Source of the DNA: Marsupella aquatica
Taxonomy: Eukaryota; Plantae; Marchantiophyta
Direction of reading: 5' to 3'
NCBI GenBank assembly: GCA_973895155.1
Contig: OZ316891.1
Location: 31,503,112-31,567,111 of the forward strand
Length of the DNA: 64,000 bases
The notes under the pieces are model-generated. The model saw nothing but the letters and a program-made list of their open reading frames with translations, had not been told where the DNA came from and did not search any database. The position numbers and the translations under genes were made by a program. Position 1 is the first letter of the stretch. Every line of letters begins with the position of its first letter. This document shows, in pieces, positions 1 through 13,300 of this stretch.

Positions 1-2844
1 CGGTTTTTGTCGGGGGACTGGATTTTGCTTCAGGAGGAGTTCTATCACCGGCTTCTTGCGTTGGCCTCTAGGGCCTCTGAGTTTGAGGAGGAACCTCTGG
101 TCCCTCCTGTCCAGCGCCGCCTTCGCCGATGCCTTTTGTTGGGACAGGAGGGGGAGTTTTTTCGGGCCGCACGTTCCTTGGTTCCCCTTTCCCCCTCTCC
201 TCCTTCGGTCGAGACGGTTGCGGCCCTTCGGTCCCTTCATCCCCCGGCTTCTTGCGCGGTTCCAGGTTTCATTGGGAGCTTCTCTCCGGAGGTTGAGTTC
301 TCCCTTTCTCGCGAGATTTTTTCCTCTGTCTTCCTTCATTTGCCCCGTCTTTCCGCTGGGGGCATCTCTGGGATGAGGTTCGAGCACCTCAGGGACTGCT
401 TCTCCCCCGATGACTCGGCGTCGGGTTTCCAGGAGTTGTTCCAGGTGTGTGCTCATGTTGCAGGTGGCCGCATTCCGCCTGTTGTCGCTCGGCTCTTGGG
501 GGCGTGTCGGCTCATGGCTTTGGCCAAGGAGACGGGTGGTGTTCGACCCCTGGCCATTGGGGAGGTCCTGTATCGTCTGGTTAGCCGCTGCATTTGTTTA
601 CAGATGAGGGCACCGTTTGCTTCACACTTCTTCCCCCACCAGTTCGGGGTGGCCACCCCGGGCGGTTGTGAGAGCGTGGTACATGGCTTGCGTGCCGTTT
701 TGGACCTCCACCCTGATTGGGGGGTCATTCAGGTGGATGTTGCCAATGCCTTCAACTCTGTCTCCCGTCGTGTGATTTTCGAGGAGCTTCGGGATGCTGG
801 GGGGGAGATTGCATCCCTCATCCCTTTTGCTCGGGCTTTTTATGGGACCCCTGCCCCCTTGGTCTACTCTGACCATCTGGCGTCTGGGACATACTCCACC
901 ATTATGTCAGAGTCCGGCACCCGGCAAGGGGATCCCCTTGGTGGTGCGTTGTTTGCCTTGGCTCATCTTCGGGCCATCCGGGCATCTTCCGGTGCTTTTC
1001 CAGGTTGCTTGTTCCCCTCTGTTGCTGACGATACTCACATTGTTGCTCCTGCCTTGCTTCTTGGAGATGCCTATATCCATTTTGTTCAGCAGCTTGCCAT
1101 TATTGGTTTGTCAGTTCAGCCTAGGAAGTGTGGGGTCTGGTCCCGTCTTCCTCTCCCGGACTCATTCTCCCCCCTCTTGATATCCCCATTAGAGATGATG
1201 GCATTCGGGTCCTTGGGGTGCCGTTTGGGGGGACGGCCTTTGAGCAAGAGTTTCTACAGTCTGCCTTGGACCAGGATGTTGCGCACCTTGACCAGCTGGT
1301 GGCTTTGGGGGATGTCCAGATTGCCTTCTTGATTCTGGTTTTGTGTTTTGTTCGCCGACCATCATACCTTCTGCGGACGGTCCCCCCCACCCCAGCGTTT
1401 TTGTCTTTGCTCTCTTCCTTTGACACCACCGTGATGCGGGTCTTTGGTCACCTCATCGGTCCTGGAGCCCTTGATGGAGAGGATGGTTCTTTTGCGGCTA
1501 GGCAGGCGTCTCTGCCCCCATCGGGAGGTGGTTTGGGGGTGTCCTCTGCTGTGGTTGCTGCTCCTTGTGCGTTTCTTGGCAGTTGGGCGCAGGTGGCCCC
1601 CGCCTTGGCGTCATGTTTCATTGTGGACCTTCGGCCTATCCTCTCTGACTCGGTCATGGGAGTGGAGAACGGAGCTCTCCCTTTTCAGATCCAGCTTCGT
1701 CATGCCCGTTCCTTATTACCGGAGGATGTGCAGAGCGTGGTCCCTGCTTTTGAGGGAGTTATTTTGGACAGTCCCGACCGAGTTCAACAGGTGATCTCTA
1801 ATCGCATGCACCGATTCACCCTTTCTAGCATGCTTTCCGACGCACCCTCTGACTTGGTTCGAGCGCGTCTTTTATCCGGTTCGGGCGTTGGTTCGGGGGC
1901 TTGGTTATCTACGAGCCCATTGTGGGCCCCCTTTCGTATGAGTTCTTTTGTCTTCACCACTTCCATGCGCCTTCGTCTTGGTCTTCCCCACCCATGCCTC
2001 ATTGGGCAACCCACATGTGTTTGTGGAGCGCCCTTGGATAGGGGGGGAATCCATATCCTACGATGTGGTCATGGTAGTGAGCGGACGGCGACACACGATG
2101 ACATCCGGGATGTGGTAGCCGCCATCGCTCGTGATTCTGGGTATCATGTTATGATGGAGCAACGACATGTGTTACCACCTCGGGATGGAGTACCGGACAG
2201 GCGTCGGGCCGATTTGGTTTTCTCTCGCGCTGGTGTTCGTGCCCTTGGGGATGTGGTTGTTGCTGACCCCACTAGTGGAGCCAATTTGGCGTCCGCTGCC
2301 CACATCCCAGGTCATGCTGCCACGAGGGCCGCTCACCTCAAGGAGGAGGCTTATGCTACGCGTTACCCAGGGGACCTTTTCTACCCGTTTGCCGTGGAGG
2401 TCTTTGGAGCGCTGCACCCGACTTTTGACCAGTTCTTGCGCTCCTGTGCGGTTCATTATGTCGAGCGGCGGCCTTATCCACCAGTCTCTGTTATCACATC
2501 CTTTTTTAGACAGAGGGTGTCCATTGCACTTCAGCGTGCACAGGCCTTCACTATCCTTCGTAGAGGCGAGGCGGTTGGAGTCCGGGCTTCTAGTCGGATT
2601 CCATTGCTTGACCCCCCCATGCAGTTCACGACGGAGCTTTATCAGGCCCTTCACTTTGCCGTTGGGTAGTCTTTAGGTTTGTGTGTCAGTTGTTCTCCTT
2701 GGGCTGGGCTTGTGCCTGGTCTTTTTTGTTTTTGCTCTTTGGCCTTTTGGCCTTTTTTCTTGTTTTCCCTTGATTGGGTTTTTTGGCCTGTGGGATCCTG
2801 TCTCCCGGTTCAGCGCCTCCTGCTCTTTGGCAGTTTGATATATA
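1..2844 (+). mobile_element. Non-LTR retrotransposon, RLE/CRE-like clade (5' end outside window)
   Basis: ORFs 7-1332 and 1128-2669 join into one RT (RPLAIGE, DVANAFN, RQGDPLG, ADD, VLGVPFG) followed by a CxC..H..C zinc motif and RLE-type endonuclease motifs (THDDIRD, RRADLVF, GDVVV, PFAVEVFG). A T/G-rich 3' UTR ends in a short (TA)n at about 2838-2844. Confidence 0.88.
7..2669 (+). pseudogene. RT/RLE endonuclease ORF with a single frameshift
   Basis: The frame switches at the C6 run 1169-1174; one extra C restores ...SFSPPLDIPIRDDGIRVLG.... Stop at 2667-2669. Confidence 0.8.
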
Positions 2845-3140
2845 TTCTCTTAAAGAAAGAATCATAGGTGTCTACACCGAGATGCTAGATATGGTTGAAG
2901 CACACACATACTGGCTTAGATCAGCCTGAAGACCGAGTAAAGGGAGAAGCCATTTGACCTTGCAAATCCACTTTATGAGTTAGTTGTCGTCATGCAGCCA
3001 CTTGAACTTGTAAAGTCACCCATTTGGAAAGAGCACATAAGGATATTGTACTCCAAGTTTGCAGTTGTCCATTGCAACTCTGGAAAATAATGAGAGTGAA
3101 GTGGATTTTTATGAAAATTTGAAACAGAGTTGTGCTTACT
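2843..3140 (+). repeat. ~300 bp dispersed repeat, inverted copy of 20800-21111
   Basis: tattctcttaaagaaagaatc...ttgtgctt aligns with the reverse complement of aagcacaac...gattctttctttaagagaata, with few mismatches and one ~15 bp indel. Confidence 0.9.
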
Positions 3141-4317
3141 GATTATTCCTTTTCTGTGGGGTATCACAGATTTCACCTTAAAATTATTTATAAAAACAAA
3201 AAAAAGTTGATATAAAAGGCTGCAGCTCTTCCCCAACCAATAGCGCAATTAAAATTTATTTACGTTTTAAGAGGGTGGGTGCTATGGACACCATTTTTAT
3301 CAGGATAGCCCTCGCTATGCTCACGAATCTTGCTAGTGTCTGTGAAAAGAAATTACTCTTGGATTGATTTCAAACAATTTGAGAGCATGCAAGATTACAG
3401 GTCAACATTCTGTGCGAAGTAGGGTAGCCAAGATGAGTATCTCTTTTAAGAAACTTCCTTTCCTACTGGGGAGGAAGTATCAAATTGTCAAGGTTATGTG
3501 AAATGTTGGGGCTCTTCTCCAACCAATTAGATTAAACCAGGGTCACCAAGGGAGCCGCCGCAGCAGGGACTGTGAAATTGAAATTAAGCAATACTCCCCC
3601 TCCGCACCCGTGCGAGGAAGGGGATTGAACCTGGGACTCTGAGTTCCATGTCCCGGTTCAACCCCCGCCCCCGGCACAACTGAACTAAAGCCACAGTCGC
3701 TACTGTAGTTCTCTCGTCGTAGCGTGTTCCCTCTTGTTGTGACATCTCTCATTCGCTCTTTTGGAGCTCTCTTTTGATTCGTCTATTCGTTTGCCTGTAC
3801 AAATAGTAGGTGGAAGCATTTTGTTGAAGCTCGGAGCTCAATCAACACTCTGTGTCGTTCAAGTCGTTCAAGTCGTTCGTAACGAAGTCGAAGCAGTTTC
3901 CCAAGTTTCCGCAAACAAATCTTAGCGCCATCCACTCTCACTTTGTCTCGGTTTCGTTCGCTACTACATTAGGTTTACTCAGCACAGAAATCTCAGCTTT
4001 ACAGACTCTCTGACCGGGCACGCGCCTTTCGAGCATTCAGTGATCTTTGAATTTTGACGTACTGAAACTTCCGCAATGATGGCTCATGCAGTTCACTTCA
4101 ATGTCTCTGCGGGACTCCCGGTTAGCATGGTCTAACAAGCAACTGACAAAAATTAAGAATCCCGCCCGGTTTCTTTTCCTGTCCCGTCCGATTTCTCCCT
4201 CCGGACAGGGGCCCTCGGACGGACGGACGGACGACACATTTGTTAGGGAGAGCCCTCACTTCGCTCGGGAATGAGCGGAGCCCTGATCCGAGCAAAGGAA
4301 CGGAATCCAAATTGACA

Positions 4318-7300
4318 ATGGTGACCATGGACGTTGACGAAGCTGAAGCCACACAAGCGGATGGTCTCTCGTGCCCTTCCCAAGAATTTGACGAGCTTAG
4401 ATACTCTCGGTTGATATTCACTCTTGGTAGGGCGGCAGTTCAAACCATCTTTCAAAGCAAAGTGCTAATATTGGGATGTAAAGGCGTCGGTGCAGAAATT
4501 GCGAAAAATTTGGTCCTTTCAGGCATTGGGGGCTTGGGATTGGTAGATGACGAGGTAGTCTCCACTGCTGACTTAGCAGCGCAATGTCTACTAACCGAAG
4601 CGGATGTGGGAAGCAATCGGGCCACGGCGTCAGTTAAGAAACTTAAGGAAATGAATCCTATAGCTGAGATTGTACCTATACCGTTTCTGGCGTTGGAGAG
4701 ATCTCTCGGTGCGTATCATGTATTTGTGGCAACCACTGGCACTATACCCTACCTCGTGGAGATTAATCTGCGGTGCCGGTCAGCAGGAGTTCCTCTAGTG
4801 TTGGCATTCGCGAGGGGACTATTTTCTTTGGTATTTGCTGATTTTGGTGACAAATTTTCGGTTTGGGATGAAACTGGCGTTCCAGCTGGGGCTCTTCTAG
4901 TAGAAAGTATCACTCAAGACTATCCAGCAACTGTGACTGTGGTGGAAGAGCAAAGACATGGATTGGAAGACGGGGACCAAGTGCTGTTTTCAGGGATAAA
5001 TGGCATGGTGGAGCTGAACCGGCCCGCCTGCCATACAGTAACTGTCACCGGGACTACCTCATTTACCATTTTGGAGGATACAAGACGCTTTGGGCGTTAC
5101 CTCTCTGGAGGTTATTTTCATAAAGTCAAGCAAGAAAAGATCGTAGAGTTCTTGTCACTTGATAGAGCTCTCCAGTTGCCAAAGTTTTGTATCAGTGACC
5201 CCGTGAAAGTTGATCGGCTGCCACACCTCCACGTAGCATTTCAAGCAGTAAGTGAGTTCGAGCGGAGGAGGAGTGGAGAAGTAGTACCACCCACAGCAGC
5301 CCAAGGGGGCTTCATTGATGAGGGGGAGCTAGAGGAGGTCTCAAGGCTGGCAAGAGAGATCTGGGAACGGCAAGGGTCTCAGAATCGAGGAAAGGGAGAT
5401 ATCAGTGCGAATTTCGGGATGGAGGAGATAGCAGAGGTCTTTGGAGATGGCAAAGAAAGTGCCGAATCTGGACGGAGTGGGGTGTCAGAGAGCATCATTC
5501 AAACTGCAGGGATCAGTGAGACCGGGGATTTGATCTCAAAAATGGGCGAGCCGATGAAGGCTGATTGTTTGGATGAAAGAATTGTGAGATTGGTTGCCCA
5601 AGGCGCTCACGTAGAACTAAGCCCCATTGCTGCAATAACTGGTGGCATTGCTGCTCAAGAAGTCATCAAGGTACGTACCCGATACATTTCACATCGCATC
5701 TAAGTCTAATGTTGAGGTTGTTCTCTTGAAAGCGTAATCTCAACTTCTTCGATCGAAGGGGTATAATGGAAAGGACCAGTAGCCTAAATGCTCTTCTTGT
5801 GCTCATGTTGTGGTTGAGGTAATTTGAAAAAAAACACCAGGACTCTCTAAATGATCATTGTCTATTGCAAGGGGCTTTACTTGAAAGAGAGGCTCCCAGA
5901 AGGCTGGCTATTACTCTCATCCCCAGTGTTAGTTCTGTGTCTGAGGCGTGAGGTCTATTCGGCAATGCCACGGCAGGCTTTTTACAATGAGAACAAACAC
6001 CTGAATCAACAATCATGTCATATATTCCTTGAGCATCTTTTGCTAGACATAAGCGAGATTCTTTTCATCAAGACACAGATGCTATTCCTTGGATCTGGTT
6101 TTAATCTTTACGTCTCTCCCAAATCCTACATTGCAAAATACCCGTTACTGAACGAGTTGGAGTTTCGTCGAAGCACCCGACCTAGTCCACTTCCATTGAG
6201 TGCTCTACAGTCAACACAACCTAGCACCCGTTGAGTGCTCAATCTTCAACACAGCCCAACCCTTGTGTGCAACGCTGTGGTTCTCTTCAGTCCTCTATCA
6301 TTACTTGCAAACGATCCAACCTTGGCAACATACTATTCTCCTAGATATTCATCCTTGACCCGTACACATAGTACTCCAGCAGGGATCATTTGTCCCGGAA
6401 GCACCAATCTTCTAATGTACTTCCAGAAAAACAAGCCCTTAAGCTATCCACTTCGCTTAGCTCCCCATGTTTGTTTTTGCATCTGGTCAGGTCTTTCGCT
6501 GATGCCACTTGTGGACCAGATGCTCGTCATGTGCAACAAGTCATTGAGGATGAGCTCCCATCCCTGACTAAGAAGATCATATCAGTTCTCACTAGTTACA
6601 TCAAAACGGAAGCGGGGTAGCTTATGGAGACTATTCAAAGCTATGAAGCTAGGCTTGCAGGTCGAGGTCCCGAGTAATGAAATTGACTTCACTGGCTTAC
6701 GTAGATTGTAATCCAGTTTACAATCAACATAAGCCTTGAAAAACTAAGTTCTCAAGATTGTTCCAAAGATGAGGACTAAAAAGGACATGTGCTGCAGGCT
6801 CTTGTTGAGTCCTCTATAAGCTTAGTCATCACAAGACCAGATTTAGCCTCTGCTCTTGGTTCCGTAGCCGAGTGCATGTGGAATTCAGATCCTTGACATT
6901 TGCTTGGTGTCAAGAAATTTTTGGAAAAATCAAGAGACTATTTCTAAGGGTTACCATCAACCGAAGAAGACAGACGACCTCAAAACACATTCCTAATCAG
7001 AACTGCAGTTTTAGAGTCTACTACAGGTTGCTGAATTGATCAGAAACCAGCTCTGGCACCTCCTCTGCAAATTGTTCAAGGATTATCCAAATTACTGGGG
7101 ACAAGAGACTAGACGATATCTCGATACTTGGGCTGCCCTACCTCATACACCTTCAAATCTACGAAATGATTCAGCACATCCTCTTGACACTTGCTGTGCG
7201 GCCAAAAGGAACCCATCTAGATGCACATCTGATCACCATCCTGATGTGCAAACTCTCCTTGACTAATGTCGAGTCACATACTTAGTTTACTGAAATTTTA

Positions 7301-10300
7301 TTGGTGTTGGGATACAAAGCAGCTACTCCATGCTCCATTATTGGCGTCAAAATGTGCAGCAGTACAGTCCATGTTGTTTCAACTTTGAAGGATCTTCATT
7401 TGAAGAACCGGGCGAGATCATGAACTTTGTCTGTGTTTTTGCGACGGTCTACTAGACCAGAGCAAGTAAAAATGCGCGGCAGAACATTCCACTAATTTAG
7501 TCAGGCAACAGCGATAGAAATGGGTTTTTGCAGATGCAAAGGTTGTTGAACGAGAAGGATAGGTGTGAATGAGCCATTGTCCTGTTAAGAATTCTGCTTT
7601 GCCATTCCGTTAATCCCTTCCACAGCTTAGTACTGAAGTTCGTTCCCCCCGTGTCAATTTTCTGATGATAAAATTCAAATTTTCTCGTCTGTCTTGGGTT
7701 GCTAATTTTTATTTTCTTTTGGGTCAGTTTTGATGAGAAAATGGTTTTGCTTTCAGATGTACATCAGGTACACTCTGTTCCCACCCTTCCGGCTTTCAAT
7801 CTTAGCGGAATACCGTTGGCCATGCGGGGCAACTTTTCCTTGTGAATCCTGCTAAATACAATTCTACTTATAGAACCCAGAAGCAATCGTGATGATTCCT
7901 CGGTTCAGCGAAAGAAAAGAAAGCAATTCGTACGAATAACATAGAAGATTTGTGTGTAGGGTACCGCCATCGGGAATTACAGCCCATAACCCCCTCCAAG
8001 CCATGGGTTAGCAAGCGTATCCCCTGACACTCTTTTTCCACATAAAAATTTGAAATTTTGAGACTTGGCGAGGCTGGCTGGGGATAAAGAGACTTGGAAT
8101 TCCCTGGCTGTCGAAGGGGTTACGAGTGGGGACCTCCTCTGAAATTACAAAGGAAAGAAGAGAGGAGGAGATTACGTGAATTATGACCAGGCTGAAGGAG
8201 TCATGCTTAAGGAGTGTAAGGTTACATCTGACAGTGTTCTTAGGAGGGGAATATCGAAGGAAGTGAGTAGGAGTGTCCGAACTTGCAAAACACGGCCGTC
8301 TATATCTGTCCACTGAATGTAAAGTCCCAACGTGAGGACAAACCATTTTAGTTCATTGGTGCTAGACATAGTAATACCCTTCTCCATAGGAACCGCATTA
8401 AATTGTTTAGATCACTACTTTTATCTGAAATCATGTGGACTTAATGCCTACCTAAATCCTATTTCAATCTTAAGCACTTTGATTCGTTCTTGGGAGTACC
8501 GTATTAGGGAACTTAATTTGTTCACTTCCTGGGTCATTTATCTGCTATTGGCCTTATCTTGTGACCGTACTTTGATATGAATTTGGGTGCAGGCTATTTC
8601 GAGGGTCTTCATGCCCTTGAATCAATGGCTGTACTTTGATGCTCTGGATTGTCTACCAGCAATTGCTCCCTCGGCAGAAGAAAAGAAATTATGCGGCTCC
8701 CGTTATGATCTACAGGCAGCACTATTTGGAAGAAAGTTCCAGGACTTGCTTGGTGGCCTACAGGTACATCATCCCTTACCGATATGGACTCCCAATAGAC
8801 AGATGAGCATGTTGCACATAGGATCTAGTAGCTTGGTGGTGCTAGATGTAGCAGACGTTGAATTAGAGGTGCATTGAAGTCTTTACGGATAGCTTTTGAT
8901 TTGTCAATTCGTTTCCAGAGAAATTCTTACCAACAAGTTTGTGGGACAGTGGTTGGTGGTTGGTGCAGGAGGTCTTGGATCAGAAGTGCTTAAGAATTTA
9001 GTTATGATGGGTGTCGGTTGTAATCTGAATGGAAACATAACTGTTACGGATATGGATAATGTGTCACGACCCAACCTGGTTGATCAACTTCTTTACCAGT
9101 TGGACGATGTGGGTCGACCAAAGACTCCAGCAGCAGCCAGGGCCTTAAGGAATATCAATCCCGCTGCGAACATTCACGCTCTGCAGGAGATATTTGACAC
9201 CGACACCGAAAATATATTTGACTCCTCATTTTTTAAGTCGATCTCAGGTATTTAAGAAAAACTCAATGAACAGAGCGGATTATTGGCAGTCCAGTTCTGT
9301 AATAGCTACATAATCTGCTGCCATGGTGCTGTTAGGTCCCTATGGACCTTGATTCATCCATCATTATCTATGATAAGGAACTGGTTCTGATATGTAGGTC
9401 ACTTTCCCAGATTATATATGTTGCTTTAGGAGACATTTTCATTTGTTTTATGTTTGGGGTTAGGCTAGAAACCTCAATTTGCATTTTTCTCGGACTCTCC
9501 TTTTAGTGCAGTTGATCTGATCCCCAACATTCATCCTATTGGGAAGGACTCAGTTCTAATGAACTTAAATTTTGCTGGTGATAGATTGTCTAATCACTCT
9601 AGGTCCTGATCTACGTTATCTAATCCTGTCTTTATGGACCTGGTTTCAAGTCACGCAACGAGTAGCCCTAGAGCCTCCGCCAAGGGAAGAGAATTGTAAT
9701 CACAGAATTCTTCATGTTATCAGGATGATCCCAGCCCGTTCCTCGAGAAAATTTGCGAGGGATATCCTGAAACCTCTTACCCTCATGTAGTAGGAATAAC
9801 TTCTTAGGACCTCCCAAATCAGTGATACAGCGTTGGTTGGTGACAGTTTTCATGTGCACATATAAATAGGTTTCACATAATGCAACATTGTATGCCAACA
9901 TTTCACTATAGTACTGCATGACATGTGCTGTTTAAATGGAGTGGTGATAGATGCTATGAACTTAAAGTTTGTTGCAGTGCAGTATTATTCTCGGCTCATG
10001 ACATCGCAAGGATGCTCTCGTAGTGCTTGATTTAGTACATTTTTTTGGTAGTGAGAAGCACTTCAGGAGATTATATTATGCTATGCAGGTGTCTTTTCGA
10101 CTGTGGATACTGCCCAATCGAGACTCTATATTGACAGCCGATGTGTAGTGCATGCCAAACCTATGATTGACGGTGGAAAGCATGGAACCAAAGGAAGTGT
10201 ACAGGTGAGAATCTCATGCAAATGAAAGTGACCCCTGCACATGATCTGTAGAGCGGATTTTCAGAATCTCGGATGTAAAGTTTTTCATGTAAAGTTTTTC

Positions 10301-13300
10301 ATTGCAAATTTTGCATCAACTGAAATTGAATAGAGCTGGACGTCAGTGCATTGCCTTTTAGAGGCCTAGAAATACTGGATACTCGAACGAGGAATACTTT
10401 TCGAATTGGGAATTTCTGACATCCAAATGAATTCAAGCATTATTTATTAGTTGTGAGATCGAAAACAGATAACAGGTCCTGTGTAATCATGACTGTGTCA
10501 CTTGCTGAGCTAGATTTTGAGATTTTGTCTATCGTGATTTTGTATATAAAATTAGTAATTTCTACGAAAAAGGTGAGTCTTCCAAGGCAGTGGCTACTAC
10601 TCCCATCCCCTGTATTAATTACATCCGTCCGCTTTGCTGGTTGTATGGTCAGTCAGAAGATTGTGATAGATGCTTTACACTCACCTGAGAAACTCGGCAG
10701 GCACGTTCGACCCCTTTCAATGAATACAAATTTCCGAAACTAGAACTTAGAGATAGAGAGGAATTGGGACTGTGGGGACTAAATTCTTCGACTGTCTTAT
10801 GAGTTGTGTTTGCAGGTGTTTGTGCCTTTCCAGTCAGAAATGTATGCATCCAGTCGGGATCCACCTGAGCACAAAGATATACCAATATGCACCCTCAAGA
10901 ACTTTCCATATGCAATGGAGCATACTCTACAGTGGGCAGTGGAAACATTTGAGACCCTTTTCAAGAAACGGCCCTTGGACGTTAATGCATACCTATCGAA
11001 TAGAGACTTTCAAGATTCCATTCGGAAATCACCTCCATCTTCTCGACTTCCCATACTTGAATCATTGCGTGATGCTCTTCTTCGGCACAGACCTTTAAGG
11101 TTTATTCTATTCCACTCAATACGGATTTCTGATTAACGCGTTTTAGAAAAAACTAAAATGGTTATAAGATTCCGTGCATGATGTTTAACGTCGATTTGTG
11201 GCAGCTTTGAAGCTTGCGTTGAGTGGGCCCGTTTCCAGTTTGAAGATTTGTTTATCAATTCCATCAAGCAGGTACTTCGTTCGTATCAACCAGGCAGTTT
11301 ACCTAGTAATGTCCGTCGTTTTTGTGTGCTATTCATCCCAAAACGGAAATCAAGGAATATGCTGAATGAAGTGGATGATGTAACAAATTTCCAGTACTAG
11401 AAAGCGATTATAGGAGCACTGGTTGGCTTAGGGAGTAATGCACGAGCTGCTCTGGTATTTCGATCGGGCCATATGAAAGTATAGGATCTGGCTTAGCATG
11501 CATTCATCCTGTATCTGCATGAAAACGATTGGATCGACTGCATGTGCACATGGGGATATCAGAAGTGAAAGATTCATCTTTGTTGGTCATCCCAGCCGAT
11601 TTGTAGTTGGTTTCTCAAGGACTGGTGAATACTATCACTGGGGTGCCCAGATAGATTATATGGACTGTTTGTTTGTGTAATTTCCGAGCCAAAGGCGTTC
11701 TGTGCATAATGATATATGTAGTCGTTCTATTTCTGAAACTGGCACTGAAGATATGGTTGAGCTGGTCGCTCTTTTGAATTTACAAAGCTGCACTTGTGAA
11801 CAAGAGAAACAGCACTCTCCACGCTGAAGTTATTCCAGTTGCTCTGATAAAGCGTCCATCAATGGTTGATTTTGTGTATAAGCGGTTTGGAATGGCTGTG
11901 CCATTTCTGAGGACTTAGTTTAAGGGTTTTTCTTGACACTGCCTATGGCAGCTTTGTTTTAACTTTCCACCAGGCATGACCACAACTGCTGGGGCTCCAT
12001 TCTGGAGTGGTACCAAGAGAGCTCCTTCACCTCTTTCCTTTGATCCGTTGAATTCATTACACCTAGATTTCATAGTTGCTGCTGCAAATCTTCAAGCGAC
12101 AGTCTATGGTCTCAAGGGTTGCCAAGATCGCCTCCTCTTCCTTGATATTCTTCAAAAAGTTGTGGTTCCTCCCTTCAAGCCCAAAGTAAGACCCACTTAC
12201 TCTTTTGAGTGCGACTTCTTGGAATATATCTGTTTTCCAAAGCTTTTGCATTATGGACCTTATATGCAAATGGACTAAATTCTATTATTAGAAACCGTTG
12301 TTCATGTAAATTTCCATAGGACAAATATTTTTGTGGGCTTACACAATTAGACGAGTGCTAACATCATTGACAACCGAGGAGGTTTTCCGAAGGAATACAT
12401 AATATGGTACTCCTTGTGCAGAAAGTTAATACTGAATATGGAGATCTTGCAGGAAGGGGTGAGAATTGCGACTTCTGACAATGAATTGCGAAGTATGGGA
12501 AATGAAAGGCCAACACATGTGGCTGGGGAGGACGGTGCTGCTGTAGATGCTTGTGAGGTTATCCTTCAGGAGCTTCCTACTCCTAGCACACTAGCGGTGA
12601 ATGACTCAAACCTTTTTTACCCGTGGATCAGTGCATATCACGGTCACTCTTATATCTGTCCCACTGATTTGCATCTGAAGAGAACTTGCTGAATTTGAAA
12701 ATCTTCGGAATGTCTCAAACACTATAAACTCATCGGCAATCCTTCGAAGCTGTAGATCTGCGGGACTCTGTTGATTTATCGTTATTCACATTTTTTGAGT
12801 TTCTTGGACTTTCTAGAAGATCTAGTTAGGTTTTTGGTAAAGCTAGTCCTTGAAACAAGCTGCGATTGTGTTTGTCTTGCAATTTTCCAAATAAGGTTGT
12901 CGTCAATGTGGTTCTAAACATGTGTTGTGATCATACTTACGAACATGTTGTTGGCTCTGACTGGTGCTTATCCCATGCAGGGTTATCGCCTGACCCCCAT
13001 CGAGTTTCAAAAAGATGATGAAAGCAACTATCATGTGGAGTTTGTTGCTTCTGCAGCAAGTCTACGGGCTTGTAACTATGGTATCCCACAAAGTGACAAG
13101 CTACAGGTTGTTCCCAGACTACCCTGATGTTTTTCTAGCTTTTACGTTTTCCTGTGGTTTTCTCCATAATAGAAGAACGAGTTTGAAATGCTTAATGCAC
13201 CTGTGAAGTCAGGGTCGACGCATGCACATGATCTTCGATGTGAACCTTTCGCTGTTTCTACTAATTGTTTCCGACTTAGCCTATGTTGTAGTCCTTGACA

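Noticed and set aside
3610-3694. tRNA gene
   Set aside because: The acceptor and T stems do not pair; kept only as a SINE-like observation.
4240-4317. TTG start given by the ORF track for the E1 gene
   Set aside because: Eukaryotic gene; ATG 4318 (or 4327) was used instead.
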